Part shown: positions 37,780-46,905 of the stretch, piece after piece
Layout of the letters: each line of letters starts with the position of its first letter
How positions within the stretch are numbered: position 1 is the stretch's first letter
Assembly: GCA_963518515.1 (NCBI GenBank)
Contig: CAUQIW010000014.1
Span: 3,359-67,358, forward strand
Length of the DNA: 64,000 nt
DNA from: an uncultured Microbacterium sp.
Lineage (GTDB): Bacteria > Actinomycetota > Actinomycetes > Actinomycetales > Microbacteriaceae
Reading direction: 5' to 3'
Made by a program: the position numbers and the translations under genes
The notes under the pieces: generated by a model
The model's database searches: none
Told to the model about the DNA's origin: nothing
What the model saw: only the letters and a program-made list of their open reading frames with translations

Positions 37780-38372
37780 GGGAGTCCTCCTGATCGGGCC
37801 CCGAAGGCTCGGGACGAGCGGGTCTGGCGAACAGCCGGTTCGAGCTGGCGGAAGAGGCCGCGAGTCGCCGTCTCGATCATACCGAGCACGGAATCGAACA
37901 TCTCCGCGCCGGCGTAGTACGGATCGGGCACGTCCTGCGAGCTCGCTTCCGGATCGAAGGTCATCAGCAGAGTCACCTTGCCCTCCTGATCCTCATCGCG
38001 CGCCCACTCGCGCAGGATGCGTTCGTGAGTGCGGTCGAGGGCGACCACGAGATCGTTCTCTGCGAAGGATGCCGCGCTGAACTGCTTCGCGCGATGGAGG
38101 GATCCGTCGTACCCGCGGCGGGTCAGCGAGTCGAGCGTGCGGTGATCGGCGCGCTCTCCGAGGTGCCAGTCTCCGGTTCCTGCGCTGCTCGACACGATGC
38201 GAGGGCCGAGGCCCTGCCGCTCGGCGAGGTCGCGGAACACCGCTTCTGCCATCGGAGAGCGGCAGATGTTCCCCGTGCACACGAAGATCACGCGGAAGGG
38301 ATCCGGGGATGTCACTGTCCCATTGTGCCGGTCGACGGCCGATCGCGCGACGCTCGGATGCCGACCGACCAT
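37776..38372 (-). CDS. low-molecular-weight protein-tyrosine phosphatase
   Basis: P-loop CTGNICRS and DPYY motif. ATG 38372 with AGGAG 11 nt upstream; an alternative start is GTG 38315. Confidence 0.9.
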   Translation of the reverse strand: MVGRHPSVARSAVDRHNGTVTSPDPFRVIFVCTGNICRSPMAEAVFRDLAERQGLGPRIVSSSAGTGDWHLGERADHRTLDSLTRRGYDGSLHRAKQFSAASFAENDLVVALDRTHERILREWARDEDQEGKVTLLMTFDPEASSQDVPDPYYAGAEMFDSVLGMIETATRGLFRQLEPAVRQTRSSRAFGARSGGLP

Positions 38373-38487
38373 CGCGACGGCTCATCTCCTTCTGCACCGC
38401 ATCGGATGCCGATGATCCGCTCACGGCCATCGGCCCCGACGGCTCACATCGCCGCTGTGCGTCGTTCTCTGCGCGGATGCTGGACGC

Positions 38488-38751
38488 ATGCTCTCCTTCG
38501 CATTCGTACAGACCGGCGCGGCCGATGCCGCATGGGCACAGGCGGCGGCCGGTCGTTCCCTGCGCGACGCACTCGACGCGCTCGATGAGGCCAGAGGGTC
38601 GCTGCACCGACTGATCTCCGACACGGAATGGCGCTCGGACGGCGTCGACGCATTGCGGGAGCTGCTGATCGACATCACTGTGCGCGCATCGCGGGAGGCC
38701 ACGGAGGTGCGCACGCGCGAAGCCGAGGTCGCGGGGATCGACCTGCCATGA
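38488..38751 (+). CDS. small hypothetical helical protein (87 aa)
   Basis: ATG 38488. Ala/Leu/Arg/Glu-rich sequence predicted to be helical. Its stop overlaps the next ATG (ATGA), implying co-translation with the hydrolase gene. Confidence 0.55.
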   Translation: MLSFAFVQTGAADAAWAQAAAGRSLRDALDALDEARGSLHRLISDTEWRSDGVDALRELLIDITVRASREATEVRTREAEVAGIDLP

Positions 38752-40022
38752 GCGGCCTCACCATCGACCACGGCGGGGCGATCTCCGTCGACCCGCAGGC
38801 GCTGCGAGACGTCGGCACTCGGATCGATGCCGTGGCATCGCGGTTCGATGAGGCCAAGGAGGCGATCTTAGGCGCTCACCGCACCGTCATCGACACACCG
38901 GGCTTCAGCGCCTCGGTCGACACGGTAGAGCTCTGGGCGTCGGGGGAGCGGATGGCGCGGTTGAGTTCGGAGTGCCATGACGCCGCCGTCGGGACGCTGT
39001 TGATGGCCGACGTCTACGAGTACGTCGAGCTTCAGGCCGAGGCGGAGGCCCTGGCGATCGTCGACGTCGCGGCGAGCGATGCGCTGTATCTGCGCATGGA
39101 ACGGCTGGCGGCATCGGACGAGCGCATCGCGGGCATGGCCGCGATGCTCGTCGCCGGCTGGGAGAGCGGACGGTTCGAAGGGCTCGACACGCAGTTCTCG
39201 GCGGGCGGCGTCCTCATGCCGCTCTTCCTCGTCACGGCCTACCTCGGCACGAATGCCGGCCGAGGCAAGGTGCCGCTCGGCGCGCGGCTGTCCGGCACAG
39301 CCGACGCGGTCAGGATCACGCCGACGCTGACGACCACCCCGATCGCGCCCGCCGGCATCGCGGGAGCCCTCGGGCGCATGCCCGTTTCGCAGGGTGCGCA
39401 GATCGCCGTCGAGAAGTACTCGTTCGCCGATGGGAGCACGAAGTTCGTCGCCTACCTCAAGGGTACGCAGAGCCCCGCGATGGGTGGCTCCGAGCCGTGG
39501 GACATGAAGTCGAACCTCGAGCTCTACACGAATGAGACCTCGTCGTCGTATCAGGCGACGCTCGACGCCCTCGAGGCGGCGGGCGCGCAGCCGGGCGACG
39601 AGGTCGACATCGTCGCGCACTCGCAGTCGGGCATGATCGCCGCGCACATGTCGATGCAGAGCGAGTACGACGTGCGGGTGCAGGTCACCGCCGGGAGCCC
39701 GGTGGAACCCACGCTCCGCGACGACCAGACGCTGATCCAGCTGCGGCACACCGACGATCCGGTGTCCGCGCTCGCGGGCGGAGGGTCACCCGGGTCGACG
39801 GGGTCGGACGACAGCGTCGTCATCTCCCGGGTGGGCGACCCGATAGACCAGGCCCACGATCTCTGGCTCCACACGCACCTGCTGAACACGTACGTCGAGA
39901 CCGCCGCGATGGCCGATGCCGCGGGTGACCCGCGCATCGAGGTGCTCGATGAGTTCTGGCAGGGTCTCGCTCAGGCAGAGGTGATCGAACGGACCGAGTA
40001 CAAGGCGCAGCGCACCGGGTGA
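38748..40022 (+). CDS. hypothetical protein: helical N-terminal domain, one hydrophobic segment, C-terminal alpha/beta-hydrolase (lipase/esterase-like) domain
   Basis: 424 aa with no signal peptide. Variant nucleophile elbow IVAHSQSG (compare GHSQGG), then RHTDDPV (Asp) and HDLWLHTH (His) in triad order. Hydrophobic stretch GGVLMPLFLVTAYLG. Confidence 0.75.
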   Translation: MSGLTIDHGGAISVDPQALRDVGTRIDAVASRFDEAKEAILGAHRTVIDTPGFSASVDTVELWASGERMARLSSECHDAAVGTLLMADVYEYVELQAEAEALAIVDVAASDALYLRMERLAASDERIAGMAAMLVAGWESGRFEGLDTQFSAGGVLMPLFLVTAYLGTNAGRGKVPLGARLSGTADAVRITPTLTTTPIAPAGIAGALGRMPVSQGAQIAVEKYSFADGSTKFVAYLKGTQSPAMGGSEPWDMKSNLELYTNETSSSYQATLDALEAAGAQPGDEVDIVAHSQSGMIAAHMSMQSEYDVRVQVTAGSPVEPTLRDDQTLIQLRHTDDPVSALAGGGSPGSTGSDDSVVISRVGDPIDQAHDLWLHTHLLNTYVETAAMADAAGDPRIEVLDEFWQGLAQAEVIERTEYKAQRTG

Positions 40023-40041
40023 GGGCGGCTCCGTCGGGCCG

Positions 40042-40446
40042 TCAGTCGCGGCGGGGCTTCTTGCGCTGCGGTCGCAGGATGAAACCGAAGATGCCGTTGA
40101 TCACCGAGATGATGAGCGCCGCCAGCACGCCCCACCAGAAGCTGCCGACGGTGAGCCCCCAGCCGAAGCCACTGGTGATCCAGGCGGTGAGCCACAGCAG
40201 GAACCCGTTGATCACGAACCCGATGAGCCCCAGCGTGAGGATGTAGAGCGGGAACGCGACGATCTTCACGACCGTGCCGATGATGGTGTTCACCAGCGCG
40301 AAGATCGCGGCGACCACGAGCAGGGTGAGCACCAGCTGAAGGGTCTCGCCGGGCGCGAACGCCTGGATCTGCACCTGCAGAGCGGGGATCAGCGTGACCA
40401 CCCAGAGGGCGAAGGCGTTGACGACGACTCTGATGATGAAGCGCAT
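40042..40446 (-). CDS. phage holin family protein (superfamily IV, 4-TMS, DUF360-like)
   Basis: 134 aa with 4 TM helices. NAFALWVV ... LYILTLGLIGFVINGFLLWL pattern typical of Phage_holin_4_2 proteins. Confidence 0.8.
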   Translation of the reverse strand: MRFIIRVVVNAFALWVVTLIPALQVQIQAFAPGETLQLVLTLLVVAAIFALVNTIIGTVVKIVAFPLYILTLGLIGFVINGFLLWLTAWITSGFGWGLTVGSFWWGVLAALIISVINGIFGFILRPQRKKPRRD

Positions 40447-40541
40447 GGTGAGGCCAGTCTGACACGTCGACGATTCGATGTCAGCCGGAAGGGGAGGTCA
40501 GGGTCGCACCACGGCGTCGCGCGGATCCTAGACTCATCACT

Positions 40542-41624
40542 GTGACCGACCCCATCCTGCCCCGCATCCGCCCCGCCATCGCCGCCCTGGCGCCGTATCG
40601 ACAGGGCAAGCAGGCAGGACCCGAGGCGTTCAAGCTGTCGAGCAACGAGAACCCGTTCGAGCCGCTGCCCTCGGTCGCCGCCGCTCTGCAGCACACGACT
40701 CCGATCAATCGATACCCGGATGCCACCGCCGGGCGGCTGCGCGCACGACTCGGCGAGCGCTACGGCGTCGAACCCGATCAGGTGCACGTCGCCGCAGGCA
40801 GCGTGTCGATCCTGCATCAGCTCATCCTCGCGACCTCCTCGGTCGGCGACGAGGTCGTCTACGCATGGCGCTCCTTCGAGGCGTACCCGAGCCTTCCGCT
40901 CGTCGCCGGAGCCACCGGGGTGCAGGTCCCGCTGACCCCCGACTTCCGCCATGACCTCGACGCGATGGCCGATGCCGTCACCGAGCGAACGAGCGCCGTC
41001 ATCCTGTGCACGCCGAACAACCCGACCGGTCCGATCATCACGAGCGACGAGTTCGCGACGTTCATCGAGCGGGTGCCGCGCGATGTGCTCATCGTGCTCG
41101 ACGAGGCCTACTCCGAGTTCGTCTCCGCCCCCGACGCGATCGACGGACTGGCCGAGCGCGTCTTCGAGCGGCATCCGAATGTCGTCGTGCTGCGCACCTT
41201 CTCGAAGGCCTACGGGCTCGCGGGGCTGCGCATCGGCTACGCGATCGGCAACGAGAGGGTGCTCGACGCGGCTCGGGCCACCGGCATCCCCCTGTCCGTC
41301 ACGTCCGCCGCCGAGAACGCGGCGATCGCGAGTCTCGACGCCGAGGGAGAGCTGCTCGAGCGGGTCGTGACGATCGTCGAGCGACGCACGCGACTGGTCG
41401 AAGGGCTGCGCCGTCAGGGCTGGAACGTGCCTGACGCGCAGGGCAACTTCGTCTGGCTGCCCACCGAAGACCGCACCGACGAGGTCGCGGCCGCGTTCGT
41501 GCGGGAGGATCTGATCGTGCGGCCGTTCTCGGGCGACGGCATCCGCATATCCGTCGGCGAGCATGAATCGGTGGACAAGGTCCTAGCAGTCGCGGAATCC
41601 ATTGTGCGGACCCTCCAGCGATAG
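40542..41624 (+). CDS. class-II aminotransferase (histidinol-phosphate / aromatic amino acid aminotransferase)
   Basis: LSSNENPFEPLP, NPTGP and the PLP-lysine motif RTFSKAYGLAGLRIGY. GTG 40542 lies 7 nt after TAGACT, a leaderless-type arrangement. Confidence 0.9.
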   Translation: MTDPILPRIRPAIAALAPYRQGKQAGPEAFKLSSNENPFEPLPSVAAALQHTTPINRYPDATAGRLRARLGERYGVEPDQVHVAAGSVSILHQLILATSSVGDEVVYAWRSFEAYPSLPLVAGATGVQVPLTPDFRHDLDAMADAVTERTSAVILCTPNNPTGPIITSDEFATFIERVPRDVLIVLDEAYSEFVSAPDAIDGLAERVFERHPNVVVLRTFSKAYGLAGLRIGYAIGNERVLDAARATGIPLSVTSAAENAAIASLDAEGELLERVVTIVERRTRLVEGLRRQGWNVPDAQGNFVWLPTEDRTDEVAAAFVREDLIVRPFSGDGIRISVGEHESVDKVLAVAESIVRTLQR

Positions 41625-41651
41625 CCGGTCAACCTCGGATAGCGTGGAACG

Positions 41652-42776
41652 GTGACCTCGTCAGAGACTGAACTCGTCCGCGTCCTGGATCAGGACGGCC
41701 GCTTCGCGCCCAGTCCCGCTGCCGAGAGGTACCTCCCGCTGATCGAGGCGATCAGCGACGAGCAGCTCGAGCAGTTCTATCGGGACATGGTCATCATCCG
41801 GGCCATCGACACCCAGGCGACCAACCTGCAGCGTCAGGGACAGCTCGCGCTCTGGCCGCCGAGCCGTGGCCAGGAGGCGGCTCAGGTCGGCTCCGGTCGT
41901 GCGGCTCGCACTCAGGACACGATCTTCCCGTCGTACCGTGAGCACGCCGTCACGCGCATCCGCGGGGTCGACCCGCTCGACATCATCAAGCTGATGCGCG
42001 GGGTCTCGCACGGCGGCTGGGATCCCACCGATCCGAAGAACGGCAACACCCGTCTCTACACCCTGGTGCTGGGGTCTCAGGTGCTGCACGCCACCGGATA
42101 CGCCATGGGGCTCGGCTTCGACGGCCGCAGCGGCTCCGGCGACGTCGACCGCGATGAAGCCGTCATCGTCTACTACGGCGACGGCGCATCGAGCCAGGGA
42201 GACGTGCACGAGGCCATGGTCTTCGCGGCGAGCTACCAGGCGCCGACCGTCTTCTTCCTGCAGAACAACCACTGGGCGATCTCCGTGCCGGTGTCGACGC
42301 AGTCACGGGTGCCGCTCGTCGAGCGCAGCGCGGGCTACGGCATCCCGAGCGTGCGGGTCGACGGCAACGACGTGATCGCGAGCTTCGCGGTGTCGCGCAC
42401 GGCTCTCGACTCCGCTCGCGTGGGAGGCGGCCCCCAGGCCATCGAGGCCGTGACCTACCGACTCGGCGCGCACACGACCAGCGACGACCCCACGAAGTAC
42501 CGCGGGTCCGACGAGGAGGAGTCCTGGGCGCTGCGGGATCCGATCGTCAGGATGCGCGCGTTCCTCGAGAACCGGGGCGCGGCCGGCGACTTCTTCGCCG
42601 ACGTCGAGACCGAGGCTGCGGATGCCGCGGAGGATCTGCGCGCCCGCACGGTCGAGCTCGGCTCGCCGGTCGTCGGCACCGTGTTCGACCATGTGTACAG
42701 CGAGCCGCATCCGCTGATCGCCGAGCAGAAGGCGTGGCAGGCCCGATACGAGTCGTCGTTCGAGGGAGGCAGCTGA
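41652..42776 (+). CDS. 2-oxoacid dehydrogenase E1 component alpha subunit (BCKDH/PDH type)
   Basis: ThDP motif YYGDGASSQGDVHEAMVFAA...FFLQNNHWAIS. GTG start lies 6 nt after TAGCGT. Confidence 0.9.
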   Translation: MTSSETELVRVLDQDGRFAPSPAAERYLPLIEAISDEQLEQFYRDMVIIRAIDTQATNLQRQGQLALWPPSRGQEAAQVGSGRAARTQDTIFPSYREHAVTRIRGVDPLDIIKLMRGVSHGGWDPTDPKNGNTRLYTLVLGSQVLHATGYAMGLGFDGRSGSGDVDRDEAVIVYYGDGASSQGDVHEAMVFAASYQAPTVFFLQNNHWAISVPVSTQSRVPLVERSAGYGIPSVRVDGNDVIASFAVSRTALDSARVGGGPQAIEAVTYRLGAHTTSDDPTKYRGSDEEESWALRDPIVRMRAFLENRGAAGDFFADVETEAADAAEDLRARTVELGSPVVGTVFDHVYSEPHPLIAEQKAWQARYESSFEGGS

Positions 42777-43756
42777 TGGTCCTCGAGACGATGCCGATGA
42801 GCAAGGCGCTCAATGCGGGGCTCCGCAAGGCGATGGAGAACGACCCGAAGGTCCTGCTCATGGGCGAGGACATCGGAAAGCTCGGCGGTGTCTTCCGTGT
42901 GACGGAGCACCTGCACCGCGACTTCGGCGACAGGAGGGTGCTCGACACCCCGCTCGCCGAGTCGGGGATCGTCGGGACCGCGATCGGACTCGCCATGACC
43001 GGGTTCCGGCCCGTCATCGAGATCCAGTTCGACGGATTCGTGTTCCCCGCGTTCGACCAGATCACGACCCAGCTCGCCAAGCTCACCAACCGGCACGAAG
43101 GCGCGCTGAGTCTGCCGATCGTCATCCGCATCCCCTACGGCGGGCACATCGGCGCGGTCGAGCACCACCAGGAGAGCCCGGAGGCGTACTTCACGCACAC
43201 TCCCGGCCTGCGCGTCGTCTCGCCGTCGACCCCGAACGACGCCTACTGGATGATCCAGGAGGCCATCGCCTCGAACGACCCCGTGATCTTCATGGAGCCC
43301 AAGAGCCGTTACTGGCCGAAGGGCGAGGTCGAGCTCGAGACCTCTGCCGCACCGCTGCACGCCTCTCGGGTGGTGCGCACCGGATCGGATGTCACGCTCG
43401 TCGGACACGGCGCCATGGTGACGACGCTGCTGCAGGCGGCGGCGCTCGCCGAGGCCGAGGGCACCAGCGCCGAGGTCGTCGACGTGCGCTCGCTGTCGCC
43501 CATCGACTACGAGCCGATCCTGAACTCCGTGCGAAAGACCGGCCGCATGGTCTACGCGCAGGAGGCGCAGGGCTTCACGAGCCTCGGCAGCGAGGTCGCG
43601 GCGACCGTCATGGAGCGTGCGTTCTACGCTCTCGAGGCGCCTGTGCTGCGCGTCTCGGGATACGACACACCCTTCCCGCCGGCCAAGCTCGAGGGCGTCT
43701 ACCTGCCCGATGCCGACCGCATCCTCGAAGCCGTCGACCGCTCCCTGGCCTACTGA
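42776..43756 (+). CDS. 2-oxoacid dehydrogenase E1 component beta subunit
   Basis: VLLMGEDIGKLGGVFRVT ... DTPLAESGIVGTAIG motifs. TGATG overlap with E1 alpha and GAGGGAGG RBS. Confidence 0.9.
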   Translation: MVLETMPMSKALNAGLRKAMENDPKVLLMGEDIGKLGGVFRVTEHLHRDFGDRRVLDTPLAESGIVGTAIGLAMTGFRPVIEIQFDGFVFPAFDQITTQLAKLTNRHEGALSLPIVIRIPYGGHIGAVEHHQESPEAYFTHTPGLRVVSPSTPNDAYWMIQEAIASNDPVIFMEPKSRYWPKGEVELETSAAPLHASRVVRTGSDVTLVGHGAMVTTLLQAAALAEAEGTSAEVVDVRSLSPIDYEPILNSVRKTGRMVYAQEAQGFTSLGSEVAATVMERAFYALEAPVLRVSGYDTPFPPAKLEGVYLPDADRILEAVDRSLAY

Positions 43757-43789
43757 CCCTCGTTCACCCATGCACCTTCCGTGCTCCAC

Positions 43790-43863
43790 AACTCCGGAGA
43801 ATCGTCCCCAATGCGGTCCTCTCCTGCGTCAGAGTGGGGGCGGGGCATCGGATCTCCGGAGTT
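43790..43863. repeat. second copy of the AACTCCGGAGA ... TCTCCGGAGTT hairpin element
   Basis: Arms at 43790-43800 and 43853-43863 are exact reverse complements and share the core with 4721-4801. It lies in the 138-nt gap between E1 beta and E2. Confidence 0.8.
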
Positions 43864-43894
43864 ACGAACACGGCGCCAGCCGAAAGGACCGCTC

Positions 43895-45268
43895 ATGAGC
43901 ACGCAGAACTTCACCCTCCCCGACGTGGGAGAAGGTCTGACCGAGGCCGAGATCGTCGCGTGGAAGGTCGCACCGGGTGACACCGTCGCCATCAACGACG
44001 TCATCTGCGAGATCGAGACGGCCAAGTCGCTCGTCGAGCTGCCCTCGCCGCACGCCGGAGTGGTCGGAGAGCTTCTCGCCGCCGAGGGCGCGACGGTCGA
44101 GGTCGGCACGCCGATCATCACGTTCGTGACGGATGCTCGCGACGATGCCGGCCCCGGCAAGGTCGTCACGGCCGAGGCGCCCGCGCCCGAGGAGGGCGGC
44201 GGATCCGTGCTCGTCGGCTATGGCACGGGCGGCGGCGCGACCTCGCGACGCAAACGTGCGTCGACAGGCTCGGCAACCACCCGACAGGCGGTGCGCTCGT
44301 CGGTGGGCGTGATCGCCAAGCCGCCGATCCGCAAGCTGGCCCGAGACCTGGGAGTCGACCTCACCACCGTCACGCCGACCGGAACCGACGGCGAGGTCAC
44401 ACGAGACGACGTCATGACGCATGCCCAGCAGGCGAGCGTCTTCCGCAACATCGAGACCCCCGAGTGGGGCGAGGTGCGCGAGGAGACGGTTCCCGCGCCG
44501 CAGACGCCGCAGGTCGGCGTCGCCCGCGGAGTCGCGCCGGCCCCGGCATCCGCTCCGTCGACCGACGACCGCACCGAGTCGATCCCCGTGAAGGGGGTGC
44601 GCAAGGCCACGTCGTCGGCGATGGTGCAGAGTGCCTATTCCGCCCCGCACGTGACGGTGTGGAAGGAGATCGACGCGAGCCGCACGATGGAGCTGGTCAA
44701 GCGGCTGAAGGCTTCTCCGGACTACGCCGACATCCGCGTCTCGCCGCTGCTGATCATGGCGCGGGCCGTCATCTGGGCAGCCCGCCGTACGCCCATGGTC
44801 AACGCCGCCTGGATCGAGACCGACGGCGGCGCCGAGATCGCCGTGCGCCACTACGTGAACCTCGGCATCGCCGCTGCCACGCCTCGCGGTCTGCTGGTGC
44901 CGAACATCAAGGACGCGCAGGACCTCAGCATGAAGGACCTCGCTCGCGCGCTGAACCGGCTGACTCTGACGGCCCGCGAGGGGAAGACGAGTCCTGCCGA
45001 TCAGCAGGGCGGCACGATCACCATCACCAACATCGGAGTGTTCGGGATGGATGCCGGCACCCCGATCATCAACCCCGGCGAGGCCGGGATAGTGGCGATG
45101 GGCACGATCAGTCAGAAGCCGTGGGTCGTCGACGGCGAGGTGCGCCCTCGCTGGGTGACGACGGTCGCCGGCTCGTTCGACCACCGCGTGATCGACGGCG
45201 ACGGCATGAGCCGGTTCATCGCCGACGTGGCATCCGTGCTCGAGGAGCCCGCGCTGCTCGTCGAGTGA
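43895..45268 (+). CDS. dihydrolipoamide acyltransferase E2 component
   Basis: Lipoyl domain ([17 protein letters not shown]...EIETAKS), E3-binding segment and catalytic DHRVIDG. ATG 43895 follows GAAAGGA. The track start at 43781 reads through the repeat. Confidence 0.9.
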   Translation: MSTQNFTLPDVGEGLTEAEIVAWKVAPGDTVAINDVICEIETAKSLVELPSPHAGVVGELLAAEGATVEVGTPIITFVTDARDDAGPGKVVTAEAPAPEEGGGSVLVGYGTGGGATSRRKRASTGSATTRQAVRSSVGVIAKPPIRKLARDLGVDLTTVTPTGTDGEVTRDDVMTHAQQASVFRNIETPEWGEVREETVPAPQTPQVGVARGVAPAPASAPSTDDRTESIPVKGVRKATSSAMVQSAYSAPHVTVWKEIDASRTMELVKRLKASPDYADIRVSPLLIMARAVIWAARRTPMVNAAWIETDGGAEIAVRHYVNLGIAAATPRGLLVPNIKDAQDLSMKDLARALNRLTLTAREGKTSPADQQGGTITITNIGVFGMDAGTPIINPGEAGIVAMGTISQKPWVVDGEVRPRWVTTVAGSFDHRVIDGDGMSRFIADVASVLEEPALLVE

Positions 45269-45396
45269 TCCGGGGCGACGTTCGCGCGGACGAGGCAGCC
45301 CGGCACGAACCTGTTGTTCGCATGTTGCGCATGCAGGGCGATCGCAGGTGGCGTGGCCGGTGAGGGCGGCGTTGTACGCCCACGCCGGCTGGGCGT

Positions 45397-46821
45397 TCAG
45401 CTCTTGCGGGCGAGGCCCGTGGCGACCGCTGCGACGACGGCGACGGCGGCCGTTCCGATGAAGAGCCAGGAGAAGCCGCTGGTGATCGCGACCGGCGCGG
45501 CGACCCCGGACGCGAGCAGTCCGTCGGTGCGAAGGGTTGCCACGGTGCCGAGGATCGCGAGACCCAGAGCGCCGCCGATCTGCTGGCTGGTGTTGACGAG
45601 GCCGCCGGCAAGGCCGGACTCGCCGCCTTCGACACCATCGACGGACAACTGCGTGGTGGTGACGAACGCGCCGCCCATGCCGACACCGATGACGATGCTG
45701 GGGCCCAGGATGTGGAGCAGGAACTGCGCGTCCGCGGGCGCGAACGACAGCCAGACGAGACCCGCGGCGAGGACGACGAGGGAGCCGATGAGGGTCGTCT
45801 TCGCCCCGACCTTCGCGATGACGGTCGGGACGACACCGGCGACGACGACAAGGGCGCCCGCCAGCGGCAGTTGGGTGAATCCGGTCGTGAGGGCGTTGTA
45901 TCCGAGCACGGCCTGCATATAGATCGACAGCGCGAAGAACAGCGCCACCATCGCGGCGCCGATGAGGAGCATGGCGATGTTGCCGACAGTCAGGTTGCGG
46001 TTGCGGAACACCTCCAGTGGAACGAGGGGCTCGGCGGTGCGCCGCTCGATGAGCACGAAGGCGACCCCCAGGACGACCGCGCCGGCCGCCATGCCGAGGG
46101 TGAGCGGATGGGCGAGGCCGACCTGCTCGATGGCGCTGAGGGCTCCGACGGTGGCGACGAGGGCGGCGGTGATGGTGGCGGCTCCGGGGATGTCGAGCTT
46201 TCCTCGGGTACCGGGGACGTCCCGGGTGATCAGCAGCGGGATCGCGATGAGCGCGACCGCACCGATCGGAACGTTGACGAAGAACACCGACTGCCATCCG
46301 AGGGTCGCGGTGAGCACGCCGCCGAGAAGAACGCCGGCGGCCGACCCGATGCCGGCGACACCGCCCCAGACACCGAGCGCCTTCGTGCGGTCGCCGGATT
46401 CGGGGAACAGGTGGGTGAGGAGTGCGAGCGCGGCCGGAGCCAGGAGAGCGGCGGACGCTCCCTGCAGGGCGCGGGCGGTCAGCAGCATCTCGCTCGTGAA
46501 GGACAGCCCGGCGACGGCTGAGGTGACCACGAAGCCGGCGGTGCCGATGAGGAAGACGCGGCGGTGACCGTACCGGTCGGCGAGTCGGCCGCCGAGCAGG
46601 AGCAGGCCGCCGAAGGCGAGGACGTAGGCGGTGATGACCCATGCGAGGGCGGCCGTGTCCATACCGAGCTGCGCGCCGAGCACAGGCAGGGCGATGTTGA
46701 CGATGGATGCGTCGAGGACGACGAGGAACTGCGCGAGGGCCAAGACGCTGAGCGCCAGCCAGCGGCGGGTGCTGCGAGAGGTCGGCGCGAGCGCGGCGAC
46801 AGCGTGGTTGCGGGTGTTCAT
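45397..46821 (-). CDS. MFS transporter, DHA2 (EmrB/QacA-like, 14-TMS) family
   Basis: LDASIVNIALP and GGRLADRYGHRRVF motifs. 474 aa. Confidence 0.9.
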   Translation of the reverse strand: MNTRNHAVAALAPTSRSTRRWLALSVLALAQFLVVLDASIVNIALPVLGAQLGMDTAALAWVITAYVLAFGGLLLLGGRLADRYGHRRVFLIGTAGFVVTSAVAGLSFTSEMLLTARALQGASAALLAPAALALLTHLFPESGDRTKALGVWGGVAGIGSAAGVLLGGVLTATLGWQSVFFVNVPIGAVALIAIPLLITRDVPGTRGKLDIPGAATITAALVATVGALSAIEQVGLAHPLTLGMAAGAVVLGVAFVLIERRTAEPLVPLEVFRNRNLTVGNIAMLLIGAAMVALFFALSIYMQAVLGYNALTTGFTQLPLAGALVVVAGVVPTVIAKVGAKTTLIGSLVVLAAGLVWLSFAPADAQFLLHILGPSIVIGVGMGGAFVTTTQLSVDGVEGGESGLAGGLVNTSQQIGGALGLAILGTVATLRTDGLLASGVAAPVAITSGFSWLFIGTAAVAVVAAVATGLARKS

Positions 46822-46843
46822 GAGAGGGCTCTTTTCGCTAATG

Positions 46844-46861
46844 AGTGATTAATCAGTCACT
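46844..46861. promoter_or_regulatory. candidate TetR operator AGTGA-N8-TCACT (site 1, upstream of MFS gene)
   Basis: AGTGATTAATCAGTCACT lies 23 nt upstream of the MFS ATG. The same 5-N8-5 palindrome occurs twice upstream of tetR. Confidence 0.55.
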
Positions 46862-46905
46862 TTTTTGGACATGCGTCGGTCGTGTCGCGACTGACGGCGA
46901 CGGGG

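Noticed and set aside
36130-37917. 595-aa plus-strand ORF
   Set aside because: It is antisense to purB and begins in the repeat block. The composition is low-complexity Arg/Gly/Asp-rich. purB on the opposite strand has the fumarate-lyase signature.
45307-45319. GAAC-CTGTT-GTTC as a second LexA box
   Set aside because: The spacer is 5 nt rather than 4. The site lies in a convergent 3' intergenic region with no promoter to regulate.
43862-46642. 926-aa minus-strand ORF, the longest in the track
   Set aside because: It runs antisense through the E2 acyltransferase gene and out of frame through the MFS transporter gene. The translation is dominated by R/P/G/H runs. Both overlapped genes have strong motif support.
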